Positions 36,478-48,559 of a stretch of 64,000 nucleotides of DNA are shown one piece after another (within the stretch, counting starts at the first letter, position 1; each line of letters starts with the position of its first letter). The translations under genes were made by a program, and so were the position numbers. The notes beneath the pieces were generated by a model. It saw only the letters and a list, made by a program, of their open reading frames with translations. It was not told the DNA's origin and made no database searches. The stretch comes from Eutreptiella sp. 'Long Island Sound 2002' (lineage: Eukaryota; Protista; Euglenida), in the NCBI GenBank assembly GCA_964036045.1, contig OZ038378.1, positions 77,872,001 to 77,936,000 on the forward strand, written 5' to 3'.

Positions 36478-38269
36478 TTACCATGCATTGACACACTGCA
36501 CCAAACGGAAGCAGGCACAAATGAGTTCAAAGATCAACATATTGTGGCATGTGCATCCGTACGCAGGTAGAGTTATTATCTTTCCCCCCCGGCTGCAATT
36601 CATGGGCACCAACTGTTCCTCCGCCCAAAATGCCAGCTTCAAGGCTTGAACCCCGAGAAGCACTTGCAAAGCGATAGGGCATTTCCAACGGGGTTTACTC
36701 GGCCGCATGCTAACCACATCCTTGACGCCCTGGTGAGTGTGCTCACCGCCTTAGGTTGACAGCACCTAGGGAGCGTAGAGAAGGTATAATAGGTATAACG
36801 CATAATAGGTTGCCTATTGCCGCAACGGATAGACGGGGTGTACAATTATGCTACCAACCTGTAGATTGCCGTGCCTCAACGAGCGTGCTTGATAATGAGC
36901 CAAGAAGTAATGGCATTGCACAGTCAACCGCTCTTCCTGAAGATGCAATACCGAGAATAGCTCGTGCAATCGCCGGCAATGACGGTCTCGTGCCTTGACA
37001 CATTTTGGTGCCGTGGTGATTAACTGTAGGGCAGGTCTCCTCAATTCACGTAGGTAGAACTGTGGCCGCTCCTGTTGAACGGACCTACTTCGCGGAGTGA
37101 CGAATGTAACCTCCAGCCCATCAGCCTGTTTTGGCAGTAGTTCATAGACCTCTTGCCAAAAGACGGGATTTCTCAACAAAGCCCGAATGACAAAACATCG
37201 CGGCTTCCATGGATTTGGATGGCTGCCGGGCCCACTCTCTAGTGGTGGCACATACGGCGAGTCTTTGGTGTGCTTCTTGCATATCGCTCTGAATTGTTGT
37301 ATCAATCCTGCGGGCACTAGCCCGGGGTGCTTGGCATGTTGGTCTTGTAACCAAAGATCTATGCCATATAAGCCCATATTGATGACAACCCCCTTTGTAC
37401 AATGTGACACATCGTACCCCACATCAAGGTCCGACTCAAAGATCTCGAAGGAGTCCGCTAGAGGGGTGGAAAAGAAACTCCAGGGCCGCTCTGGTTCAGG
37501 ATTGTACCCGAAGAGTTTCCAGTCTTCCCTGGGCAGCGGACACACACATGCATTGGCATGTCCCGGTTGCTCCAATGTCAGTAGCTATCCCAAACAACCC
37601 CAATCCGGGTAATGTACAATGCGGTAACGATGTCCATGCAGTTCGCCGTCCCTTGCTGCCTTTAAGCCTTCTACGAGTCCCAAACGGTCTATCCGTAGTT
37701 GCAAGTGATTGGGATTCTCCTTCCCAATGTACTGCCCAACCCGCAGTATCGAGTCCAACTGATGGGGCCGGCGTGGAAAGGGCAAAGTTGGGCAAATGCT
37801 CACACAGCCGAGCGGCTCATGCGCATCAGCCTTTGCCCTGTTAATAAGCACCCAGTTAACGTGGGTATTCACCAGGTAGATGCAATCTATCTCGGTTTGC
37901 TAACTGTAGGTACAAAGCGACAGCTCGCCATGAATCAAGCCGCGCCATTCGTGTCGACAAATGTACCCCACCTACGTTGTTCACCATTTCCTCTTTCAGC
38001 TTGGTGACTCTACCGCGATACGCACCAATGCTCTTCTCCTTGCAAAAATCATTAAACTTTGCGCATGTCACTTTAGTTCGTACCATGGACAAAAAATTCT
38101 CCAGAACTTTCTCCGATGGCGGATTGCGTTGTGCTCTTAGTCGTGTGACAATTAGGGGTTTACATTTTTTTTTCTTGATTTGTGCTTGGGGCTGCCTTCG
38201 GACTTGCGTCTCAAGACATTGTGGCGGCTTGCGAGGTTCCTTTGTGTTTTTTCCGAAGGGCAGTGCCAA
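36478..38269 (-). pseudogene. RAG1-core/Transib-like DDE transposase, two exons, with a frameshift and premature stops
   Basis: Basic N-terminus (37856-38269), then KADAH (D, ~37826), VGQYIGKEN, HYPDW (D, ~37604), CVC, DVSHC, CHYFLAH (H-x4-H) and, after the intron, LST*GGEH (E, ~36743). Order matches RAG1 D600/D708/E962 and the Zn ligands. Confidence 0.75.
36766..36858 (-). other. 93-bp phase-0 GT-AG intron in the transposase
   Basis: CTACAG|GTTGGT ... CTTCTCTACGCTCCCTAG|GTG. Splicing joins GNLQ to VLST*GGEH in frame. Confidence 0.75.
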
Positions 38270-38339
38270 GGGAGTGTGGGTCTGACCATTACAGCATTTC
38301 CAAACCTAATGATGGCATATGTGCCAATACATTTGTTTG

Positions 38340-39200
38340 GAGCCTTTCTTTGCACCCTCTGGTTCAAGCTGTTGAGTAAAGAGCATGCACAGGCACAAAT
38401 TGTTCATTGTCTAGCCTCACCTAGCACTAGGGACAAACTTGAACGACTTGAAATCACACGCACGGGCAAAGATAGCACTATAATTGACATTTATGTGTTC
38501 AAAAGTGCAAATATAGCTGTTTTGGGCCTTTAGTGGCACCCTCTGCGCCATAACCCAAAGTAAAGGCCATGCACCGTCACAAATCATTGCTTGCCAAGCC
38601 TCACGTAGCACAAGGGACAAACTTCATCAATTTGAAATCACACGAAGGCACGACGGCATCACTTTAATCAATATTGACGTGTTGGAAAGTTCAAATAAAA
38701 ATGCTTTCGGTTTTCTTCTGCACCCTCCGCGCCATAACCTTGAGTAAAGGGCATGCACGGTCACAAATTGTTGCTTGCCAAGCCTCACTCAGCACAAGGA
38801 ACAAACTTCATCAATTGGAAATCACACGAAAGGGCACGTGTATCACTATATTCAACATTTATGTGTTCAAAAGTGCAAATATAGCTGTTTCCGGCCTTCT
38901 TTTGCACCCTCCCGACCCCAGGCTTGAGTAAAGGGAATGCGCAGTCACAAATCATTGCTTCCCAAGCCTCACGTAGCACTAGGGACACATTTCATCAATT
39001 TGAAATCACACAAAGCGCGACCGTATCACTTTAATCAACATTTGTGTCTTCAAAAGTGCAAATATACCCGTTTTGGGCGTTTTTTGGCACCCTCCGGATT
39101 ATTCTTCTTGGGGAAAGGGTATGCACGGGCACAAGCCATTGCTTGCGCAGCCGCCGAGGGCACTAGGGACAAACTTGATCAATCTGAAACCTAGTGATAC
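38340..39200 (+). repeat. 184-bp tandem repeat, ~4.7 copies, upstream of the transposase start
   Basis: The (T/A)GAGTAAAG..CATGC anchor recurs at about 38373, 38557, 38741, 38925 and 39109. The last unit overlaps the TIR. Confidence 0.9.
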
Positions 39201-39500
39201 CACAAGGACATCATTAGAATCATCGCTTATGGCCCAAAAGTGGCAAAAATGGGCAAAAAGGGTGGTATTTTGAGTTTATCGCGACATCCGGTAATGCAAT
39301 CGGCGTTATTTCAATACGACAGCTAGATGACGTCATATTTCACCAATTGCGCTATCTAAATCACGTCAGATGCGCTCCGATTTGGCACAAATCACCAAAA
39401 TCTCGGCAAAATAAGGTTGCGGCGGGCCGTAAATCGCGATTGCGGCAGTTTTTGCACAGTGCAGATACGGGATTCCCGTACCTCATTAAAATGCTAGGTG
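39120..39500 (-). repeat. Right terminal inverted repeat
   Basis: Inverted counterpart of 36031-36410. Confidence 0.9.
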
Positions 39501-39894
39501 TCCTTGTCTTCTTCGTTGTTGGCTTCTTCTTCTTTTTTCTTCGTTGATCCTCTCTTTCTCTGCATCGACACTGCGTTGTCTTCGCTTCCTTCATTCTTTC
39601 TTACTTCATTCTTTTCCCTCAGCACCTGAAAGAATAGGAGGGACAAAAGATTCAATACAATACAATAGAATACAATAAATAATAATACTTCAAAAAAGAC
39701 AGTCACATCAAGCCTGCTTACGTTCTCATTTCGTTTTGAAATTCCCATTCCACCATCCACAGTGGTGGTTGCGGTGGTGTCGTAGACTGGCCTCGGACAC
39801 CCATGTTAACCATGTCGTACGATTCTTTCGAATCAGTTAAATGCCGTTAAGGTGCCATATATGGCTCCATCTGCTAATCTTTATTCAGAGCTAT

Positions 39895-42466
39895 TGAAGC
39901 GGTACCCAGAACCCCATGACCATGGTGGGGTATACAACCGGTCTCCGTGTGCCCACTAACCCCATGTACGGAGGAAAAGACGCCCGGTGAAGCCCGGTGA
40001 GAGCCCGGCAGGAGCGTGTCCCTTGCCGTAAAGCCCCCGTGACGGCATTCCGGCCACTTGGGGCATGTTACCATGTACCGGCAAACTGCCATTTGCCGGT
40101 ATCTTACTATTTCACGCCAATCTGCCCCGCACCGCCCTCGGCCGTTGATTCGGCAACCTAACCCTAACAACAGATGTAGGTAAGACGTGTTTGTGTGAGA
40201 GATCTGGGCATTTCAGCTATTAGCGGCCGCATCGGCAACCGATGCGTCGCCCGCTGAGATTTACACATTAGAATATCAGGAATCAACGGGGTTTTATTTT
40301 CATATTGTTTCCGTAAATTTTCATGCTTCCGTTCTGATAATCAATGTTTTGACTGCTGGCGGTTGGCTCGCGACTTTAGCGTAACTGCCAGTTTAACTGT
40401 TATTTACAGACATTTTAGCGCAATCCGTGACGAAGACTCTAAAGTCTTCAGGAATTGCATTGATGCATCTGCAATTTTCACATTGTACACTCGCAACCTT
40501 AATCCGAATTTTTCAGGATTTCGAAATCGGATTTTCGACTTCGACATCCCCGCACTTGATTTGACCTCTTTCGAGTGGACCTACGTGCTTCCCTATGCAC
40601 GAATCAACTTTCCTTTTGTCTTGCCCTCCATTTGTCTTAGAGATATGGGCAAAACAAAGTTGATTCGTGAGGCCACTTGTGAGGGTCATATCTCGTGCTG
40701 CTTGCGAGGAATGACAATAGGGAAGCATGTGATGTATTCACAATACTCCCGACGTAATTTACGAAGCTTTATACGCCCTGCGTCTCCACACGTGCGCGCT
40801 AGCGTAATGTATCATGGTCAAGAGGGTAGAGTTTGCGTTATAACTCTTTGGCCATGATATTGCGTGCGTTAAGATAACTTTCGAGTGTAGCGCGCGAGTG
40901 TTGGTGTTGCATAGGAACTTTCCTTGAGTTCCTATGAGCGATTGACACAAAGTTATGACCTTGGAGGGGTATGACATATCGTGGGGGGAGCTACCTTTTT
41001 GGGCAGTATGTGGTATGTGCCATGTGTTGTATTGCGTGCCCATTTGGCGGGTTTGGCTAAGAGCGATACACCCACCAATGGACCTCATATTGCACGAGGC
41101 CCTTTCTTATACTCCCCACGATCAATTGCAAGCCTAACCTTCGTGGAGGGAAGCTTGTGTGGCGATCCCAAAGCGATGCGTTGGGAGCAAGGTGTGTGTT
41201 TTGCAATTTTCCATATTTTCATGTGCCCACTTGGGAAGTAGCGCTCGTGACCTTTCAAAGCGCCCCAAGTGGAGCACATATGTGGAATCGAAGGTCATTG
41301 GTGTCAAGTCATTGTGTTTAGAAGGATTGAGCGATTACTCAATCCAAGCCGAAGATATTATAATATATTTGTGCGCCTTTCAAGGCCCTTTTGGGTGTTT
41401 TTCCGCCAATATTGCTATTTTTTGCCCGTCATGATGTCAAGTGGCGACCGTGTATCTCAACGTTGCGCTCAATTGACATCATGACCCAAGTATGTTCTGA
41501 GGGTACATACTTCGGTGCCCAACATATCTTGAACCCGGCGAATAACTCCTCCTGGGATTGGCATACCGTGGCCGCCATGTTGGCAATTTGGGACTATCCC
41601 AAATCATGGGCTCACTTGGCGACCCTGCCATTCCCAAAACCGGAGGAGTTGGGCGATGCCCAAAAGATACGTTGGACGCATGTGACTTGATACCAATCCT
41701 ATGGCACACTCCGGTCCAAGTCGGGCATGTGCCTCATTTGCCCCGACCATGAGTGTGCGCATTTTCGGCCATTTTGAGCAGTTTTCCATATTTTCTGCCC
41801 GCCGTGCACCATGTTCAGCCTCCTCGTGCACGCCGGACTCATGGAGCAATGGACCATATATGACATGGGTGTTATGGACATTGGTCCCCATGGTTCACAC
41901 ACCACGTGGGCGAAGCGGAGCAACCTTCGTTAGGGTGCTAGCCCAAAGTGAGTGTGGACAATTTTGCCATTCTGGCATTTGTGGACCCAATTGGGATTGT
42001 CACCACGCCGAGTGGCATGAAGATCTTTGGAAGCCAAGGGCATGGGAGTCTCTGTTGGAATCCCGGTGGATCGCGTATGGAATGGCGGATCTGATGTCCA
42101 AGCCGGCGTGGAGATATACTATTGGGAGCACCCCCGAATTTTGGCTCATTTCGAGCAGCCAAAATGACCCCCTTTTGGGACCCCAATTTCACCCCCCCGT
42201 GTGGTCAATTGGCGGCCCCATATCTCTATGCCCATGAGGAGCCCGGACCTAATTTCAAGTTGTACACTCAGATATGTGTCCTAGGTCCCGCCTCCTGTCC
42301 TGTGAGCCATTGGCCTTGCCCTGGCAGGGCGAGTCACGCGTGGGAATGACGCCAATTTGGGTGATTTTGGCATCATGACCCCACTTGATGAACCCGTGGT
42401 GCCCTGATGCCGAGACCTCAGAGGGAACCAGTTTGGGTGAGGGCTCCAGGGAGTTGGTACTCGAAG
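39895..42466 (+). repeat. 5' LTR (probably truncated at its 3' end)
   Basis: Starts TGAAGCGGTACCC. Colinear with 53147-55718 at a constant offset of 13252 bp, with scattered substitutions. Confidence 0.85.
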
Positions 42467-42488
42467 CAATCCCCAGTGCGAAGGCGGC

Positions 42489-45400
42489 ATGCCCGGGAGC
42501 TTCGAGCTCCGCGAGGACATGGGCGAGGACCGCCTGCGGGCAGTGGAGGAATGGCTGCGGGCGGAAGGGTATGAGTACCGCTTCCGCCGCAAGCGCTGGA
42601 GGACCTGGACCCGCCCGGACAGGCCCGGCGAAGGGCTGCGCCCCGACGGGATTGAGGAGGACGAGAAGCCCAACGAGTACCCGTCGGGCGCCTCGATCAA
42701 CATCTCCATGTGGGACATGATCGAGAAGGAGTTCCCGGAGCTGGGGAACGAGCGCCGGCTGCAGGGCAGCAGCAGCAGCGGCGCGTCTCCTGGGAAGGAG
42801 AAGCGCTCCGCCGGGGACAGGAGGCGGGACAGGAAGTGGCGGGAGTACCAGGAGTCCCTGGCCGCCGAAGCCGCCCAAGGCGCCAGGGGCGGAAGCCCAG
42901 CCCACAGCCCCAAACGGGCCGGTGGAGGTCACCACCCCGGCCACACCACCCTCGGCGACTTCCTGGAGGTCGCCAAGCAGGCCAAGGCCAAGCCCCGTCC
43001 GCTGCTCCTGAGGAAGTCAGGCCCCAGCAGCGACGTGGAGTCGGCCCACCGCGGGAGGATGCCGGCCGACCAGGGCAGCTCCAGCAGCAGCGTCGCTCCC
43101 CACCAAAGTGATGTGGCGCGCGCCTGCGAGCGCACCTGTGGGGTGCCCTGCAACCTTCGGGTTGCCCGGCAACGGGCCACGCAGCAGAACGCTGCCGTGG
43201 AGGGCGCCGTCGGCATCGCCCATGAGGAGGCCACCGAGTGGGGCAGAGGCATCGACTTCCACGCCTCGACCGTGGCAGCCATCGCGGCCGGTCTCACGGC
43301 TGCGGCCGCCCATGAGGCAGTTGCTGCCCGGATCAGGGGTGAGGTGGCGGCAACCGCCGAGGAAGCCCGCCTGACCCAGGAGGCAATTGCCTGCAAGGAG
43401 GCCGAGGTGAAGGCGCTGGAAGAGGCGCTTGCCCAAGAGAGGGCAAAGAAGGAGGCGGAGGAAAGGGCCCACGCCAAAGCGACGGCCAAGGCCCAGGCGG
43501 ACGCCGCCAAGAAGGACGCCATCGAGGCCGCGCGACGAAAGGTCGCTGAGGAGAGGGCCAAGAGGGAGGCGGAGTTGGTGGCGTTGGAAGCGGAGAAGGC
43601 TCGGCTGCAGCAGGCCCGGGAAGCTGAAGCGGCTCGTGCCCGGGAGGAAGCCGAAGGGCGAGCTGCCGCAGCCACAGCCGCCGCAATGGCGGAGGCGGAG
43701 GCCAAGCTCCGCCGCGAGACTCCCCCGGGAGGATCCCGAGTGGAGACCCTTCGAAAGCTTTTCGAAGGGGATGCCTCCTCCAAGATGGCGCTGCATCCGG
43801 AGGAGGTGGACACAGGCAGCAGTGGGAGCAGTGGCCCCACTGCCCATGGACGGAGGAAGGGCAAGGGGAAGACCCCCGAGAGGTCACGGAGGCCAGCGGG
43901 TGGACACCCCCACGACAGCGACCCCTTCTTCACCGCCAGCGACGAGGATGAACGAGGCCGCCAACGTGCCGAGGAGTGGCTGGCGGAGGAGGCGGAGACG
44001 TCCCCATGGAGCCGGAAGGTGAGGATGAGGATCTCCCTCCTCCCTACGGGAGCTCGGAGTCTTCCGAGACCGAGACGCCCAGGTGGGGCGACATGGACGA
44101 GGATGACGACATGGACTTCGACATCACGATGAAGCGCCAATCCTTGGACCCACCGAGGCGACCCGGCGGAGACCCACCGGGACCCCCTGGCGGAGGACCA
44201 TCAGGACCCCCTGGAGGACGCCCACCAAGTGGACCCCCTGGAGGCGGACCACCGGGCGGAGGAGGACCCCCTGGACCGGGCGGACCCGGCTGAGGCCCTC
44301 CTGGAGGACCCCCTGGAGACCCCGACGACCCACCAGGGAACGGCGACCCGGATACCACCTGGCGGTGGATTGTCTACCTCCGCAGGAGGGTCCAGTTCCT
44401 CGAGCGCGAGGTAGACACGGGCAAGGGCGAGATGACTCGCATCGCCAGGGTCGCCGCGCGCGCCCAGAGAGAGCTGGACATCGCCAAGATCGAGATGGTC
44501 AAGAGCGCCAGCGTCGCGACCGCCACCCAGAGGCAGCTGGACATCGCCAGGGCCGAGACCAGGCAGCTGAACAAGGTCATCAGCGGCCTGCAGCAGAGGT
44601 TGGACCTGCTGGAAGCCCGTGGGAGCGTCGGCAGCGACCACCCACCCCTGGAGTCTGGCTCGTCAGACGACGGCTGGGGACCCGGACCAGGTCCAGGCAG
44701 ACTCCACGCCCCCGGCGGAGCCCCCGGGAGTCGCCCCAGCGCCAGTGCCCCCTCTCTCACCGCCCCCTCTCACCACAGCGCGGGCCGCCGCAACGAGCGC
44801 GTGCCGCCCGGCAGTGGCACTGAGGATTGGCGTGATGAGTGGCTCAGCGCGGAGTACCACAACCGCCGTGCTCCACCGCGGACACCGGTACGCCCCCGAC
44901 GCCCTGCACCAGCCCCGGAGCCAATTCCAATGGCTGGTGGACGTTCTGGTGGACTCAGGGATGAGGTCCCCAGAGGAGACGTGGAGTGGGATGTCGGCGG
45001 AGGTGAGGACCTGGACCTGGACCTGGAGGAGTTCGACATCAGCCCGCCGCGTGGTGTACGACGGGAGGCCGCTGAACGCAGCCGCCGGTGCGTGATGAGG
45101 AGGCGTACATGGAAGGAGTACGGCGTGAACATCTGGGTTCAGCGTACATGGAGGAACCACGGCGTAGCCACGCGGATACCGGGGAGGAGATGGAAGTGGC
45201 AGCCGTGGGAGTCCGTGGGAGAGGCCGATGGGAACCTCGGTCGACCTCGCGGCCGGCGTTCATGGTCTCTAAGGCCGCGGATACCGCCGTGTGGGAAGAC
45301 TTGAAGGACATCAAGCCCCCCATGTACGATGGCAACCCCCTCAACCTCGACCGCTTCTTGGAGAAGCTGGACGATTGGGGGGTGACCGTAACTGAGGACA

Positions 45401-46737
45401 TGGATCCCGCAGATGCGGAGAAATATGTCTTCAGACGGTTCAGTTACCGCCTGCCGGAAGTGCTCCAAGAGCTATACTTCGTGGCGACCAAGGAGGGGAA
45501 AATCAAGACCCTCAAGGAAGCCAAGAAGTGGCTCAACGAGCAGGAGCGGGTGGACGCTCCGCAGGTGGCTGCCAAGCGCTGGAAGTTCATCAAGCTTCAG
45601 CATGATGGACGGGAGATCCGCCTACGGGACTGGCGAGACTTCCGAGGGCAATACACCCTCTTCCGCCGCAACGTGGAGGACTGGAACGAGGGTGACGAGC
45701 AGGCTCGCCTGCTCTCCATGCTGCCGGAAGCATGGATCAAGAGGGTCACCAAGGAGGAAGCCAAGAGGGCCAAGTCCAACCACACGGTCAAGATGATGCT
45801 CCCCAAAGAGTATCATATGAACGTGGTGGCTTGGACGAGGAAGAACGTGGCCCGGGATGTCAAACGGCACTCCCTGCGGAACGCTCTCCTCATCACCGTA
45901 TCGGGCGATCGCGAGAAGACCGCGATGCTGCGCCTTGACGAGTGTGACGTGAGCGGCCAGACCATCCGTCTGCAGGCCATCCCGGCGCGGATGAGCTGCG
46001 ACGAGATCCTGGAGTGGGTCGGAGAGGAGGTGCTCAAAGAGTACCGGAACCTCCACCACACCCGCGGGTTGAGGCCCGGCGACCGTGACGTCAACTACGT
46101 TGGCGAGGGGCCTGGCGGGGAAGCTGCCATGGACCCAGCGGGAGCCGATGGCGATGAAGCTCTCGTCGACGATGACGACGACGATGAGCCCGCCAAGATG
46201 GCCGTTTGTGCCTTTGTGGCCCACAACGGCGCGGGGAACAACCGGGGAAGCTGGAAGCCCCTGCAGCCGGGTTGGAAGAAGAAGGAGAAGAGGGACCCTC
46301 GCCGCATTGGCGACCCTCCGCTGTCCTTTGGGGAGTTCCTACGAGCTCACCCACAGGGCTGTTTCGTGTGTTATGGGAGGAAGAAAGGCTTCAACCATGA
46401 CCACCGAACATGCCCCACCCACCAGGCCGACACGGAGGCCTACAAGAAGGCGCACGGGTCGAAGAAGCGTGCACCTGCGGGTATCCGGGAGGCCAAAGTG
46501 GAGGTCGACAAGGACGAGCTCTCAAAGCTGATGTCGGTGGGGACCGAGTTAGCCAAGGAGATCCAGGAGATCAAGAGGAACTGGGTCCCCAGGTCGGACA
46601 ACAAGAACAAGGAGAACAACCAGAATGACCAGAACAAGGACAAGGACAAGAAGCCTAGGAATAGGGGAAGGAAGAAGGGTGTCAACGAGGTTGATGCGGA
46701 GGAGAATACCCCTACTTCCACAACCGACGCCCCCTAG
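42489..46737 (+). pseudogene. gag: Very long gag region: Ala/Glu coiled coil, Gly-Pro repeats, capsid-like domain, Zn knuckle
   Basis: ORFs 42489, 43976, 44432 and 45088 are linked by frameshifts and a stop. KPPMYDGNP capsid motif; CFVC-x8-H-x4-C knuckle at 46360-46413; TAG at 46735. Confidence 0.8.
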
Positions 46738-47049
46738 CGGAGCCCCTGCAGCCAAGGGCCCGAGCTAGGGCGGTCACAGGATGGTGTCGTGGGAAGCGCC
46801 ACACCATCCCAGTCGGGAGTCGATAAGCACAAAGGAACTGCCGCGGGCGGAAGGCCCGGTCCGGCACCCAGTCGCGGTGGCCAGGTGAGGGCAAGTGAAG
46901 GCACGAACCCTTGCACCCGTCCATCCTTCGCGACCAAGAACGTGTTTGATGTACTTCAAGATCTATCCGAGAGCATCGGAGGATCACCCAGACCGCAGCT
47001 GGATGCTGCAGATGGGCAGCCTGAGCCCATTGTCCACGGCCTACACGAG

Positions 47050-47500
47050 TTGCTTGTCGAACTTCTGGAACGGCCGGAGATCCTGAGCTTGCGCGCCGTG
47101 CGCCGAGTAGGGCGTGAGCGGCAGTTGCACCTTAAGGTCCGTGCCTTATGCGGGGAAGTGGAAAAGGTCTTCGACGTGTTGGTCGACACGGGAGCGCAGG
47201 TCAGCTTGGTCAAGGCTGGCCTACTTCCGCCAGAGTGTTTGACCGACAGTCGGAAACCTGTCAGGCTGAAGGTGGCGAATGGCCAGTACATGGTGGGAGG
47301 CACGAAGGAAGCGGCAATTGGGCTGCAGTTCGTGAACCACCGTGAGCTGAGCCGCCCAGACCTCGGCAAGGAAATCCTCCTGCAAGGTCGCTTCTACGAG
47401 GCCGAGATAGACTGGGACATGATCGTTGGGTACGACTTCATGATGGAGACGGACTCCGGCGTCCTCCCGGCCAAGGCCTCAATGACCCTGTACCAGGACG
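47050..47500 (+). CDS. pol: Retropepsin aspartic protease domain
   Basis: VLVDTGAQVSLV (DTG at 47185-47193); later MIVGYDFM. Confidence 0.92.
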
Positions 47501-47616
47501 ACCAGCTCTGGTGGCTTTCGTCACCTGAGCACCATGTGGAATGCCAATGGATCCACCCCGAACGCAATCAGCTCGAAGTGGCCGCGCTGGACACTGAGCC
47601 AACTGGTCCTGCAAAC

Positions 47617-48048
47617 CAGGAGTACGGCGTAGTGCCGGAAGTGGCGAGCCGAGTTGTCACGGACCTGGGAGCTTAGGATCTGGCCCTGGATGCGTTCTCT
47701 TCAGGAACCTCCGCCCATCTGCGGGTTTGTGAGAAGTACTGGAGCGCACAGGACTCCGCCTGGAAGAAGCACTGGGGTCCGCATCAGGGCTTGATGTGGA
47801 TCCATTGCCCTCGATGGGACATTCCAAGGGCGATAGCGAAGGTTCGCAAGGACCGCGCCAAGGCAGTGCTGGTTGTTCCTATGGGATGCACCGAGGAGGA
47901 AAGTACCCGACATTGGGTAGTCTCATTGACCAACATGACCTTAAACAAGGTCGTCCTACCGGCTGAAGAGAGTGTCTATCAGGACGCTAAGGGACAGCCC
48001 ATGCCAGCCCAGAGATGGCCTACGGAATTCCACTACGTGGATGGGGGC
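47617..48048 (+). pseudogene. Phage-Dam/DIRS-type DNA N6-adenine methyltransferase-like domain within pol
   Basis: QEYGVVPEVASRVVTDLGA*DLALDAFSSGTSAHLRVCEKYWSAQDSAWKKHW...LMWIHCPRWDIPRAIAKVRKDRAKAVLVVPMG...HWVVSL...VVLP. In frame with PR and RT, with one TAG at 47674. Confidence 0.7.
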
Positions 48049-48559
48049 CTTGATCAGGCCGACACCACGGATTTCGTGTGTGTCAACCGCATCGTAGCGG
48101 AGCCATGGCGGCAATGCTTCGCGGTTTCCCCTGTTGACATCGGAGAATCGGAAGACCCCCTCATTGAAGAGGAGTTGGATCTGGTTCAGGGGTATATGGA
48201 TCAGCCCTTTCACGACTGGGGAAGCCCGCGTGAGGGCAAGAGCCAGGACAAAGCCTGGTGGGAAGTGGACTCGATCGTCTCTGGTTCTTATGACGGGGAT
48301 ACCTTTGTAAGGAGGGTACTGGACCACATGTCCAGCCAGGACGAGCCAATTGGAGGCAACCCACCCACCTACGGCGACCTATTCCGAGGCAAGACCAGAG
48401 ATGGTCCTTTGGGCCACCTGGGAGGACCACCTGAGCCGAAGCCGAGCGGGGTCGCTACCCCTCAAGTAAGCTCAGTGGTCCAGGTGCCCGGTAAAGCCAA
48501 GGCGGAGTCCGATGATTGCCCCAAGATCCAGGCATTGAGGGCCAGGCTGAAGCAGAAGT

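Larger units (their letters stand above)
36031..39500 (-). mobile_element. RAG1/Transib-like DNA transposon with long TIRs (3470 bp)
   Basis: Starts CACCTAGGATTTTATGAGG and ends CCTCATTAAAATGCTAGGTG. Long inverted repeats enclose one minus-strand transposase. No TSD is visible. Confidence 0.85.

Noticed and set aside
38340-39200. Regular repeat array as a CRISPR candidate
   Set aside because: Units are full-length 184-bp tandem copies with no unique spacers and no cas genes.
36024-39507. Target-site duplication for the RAG-like element
   Set aside because: Flanks GGAGGAA and TCCTTGT share no direct repeat of 2-7 bp.
39497-39627. Minus-strand Lys/Glu-rich exon-like stretch abutting the TIR
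   Set aside because: Simple purine-rich low complexity; acceptor plausible but no recognisable product or continuation beyond the element.
42454-42472. TGGTACTCGAAG as a tRNA primer-binding site
   Set aside because: No adjacent CA LTR end, it does not fit the acceptor/T-stem pattern, and the same sequence is in the 3' repeat.
42929-44140. 403-aa Ala/Ser-rich minus-strand ORF and other long antisense ORFs over gag and pol
   Set aside because: Antisense shadows of GC-rich, low-complexity coding on the plus strand.
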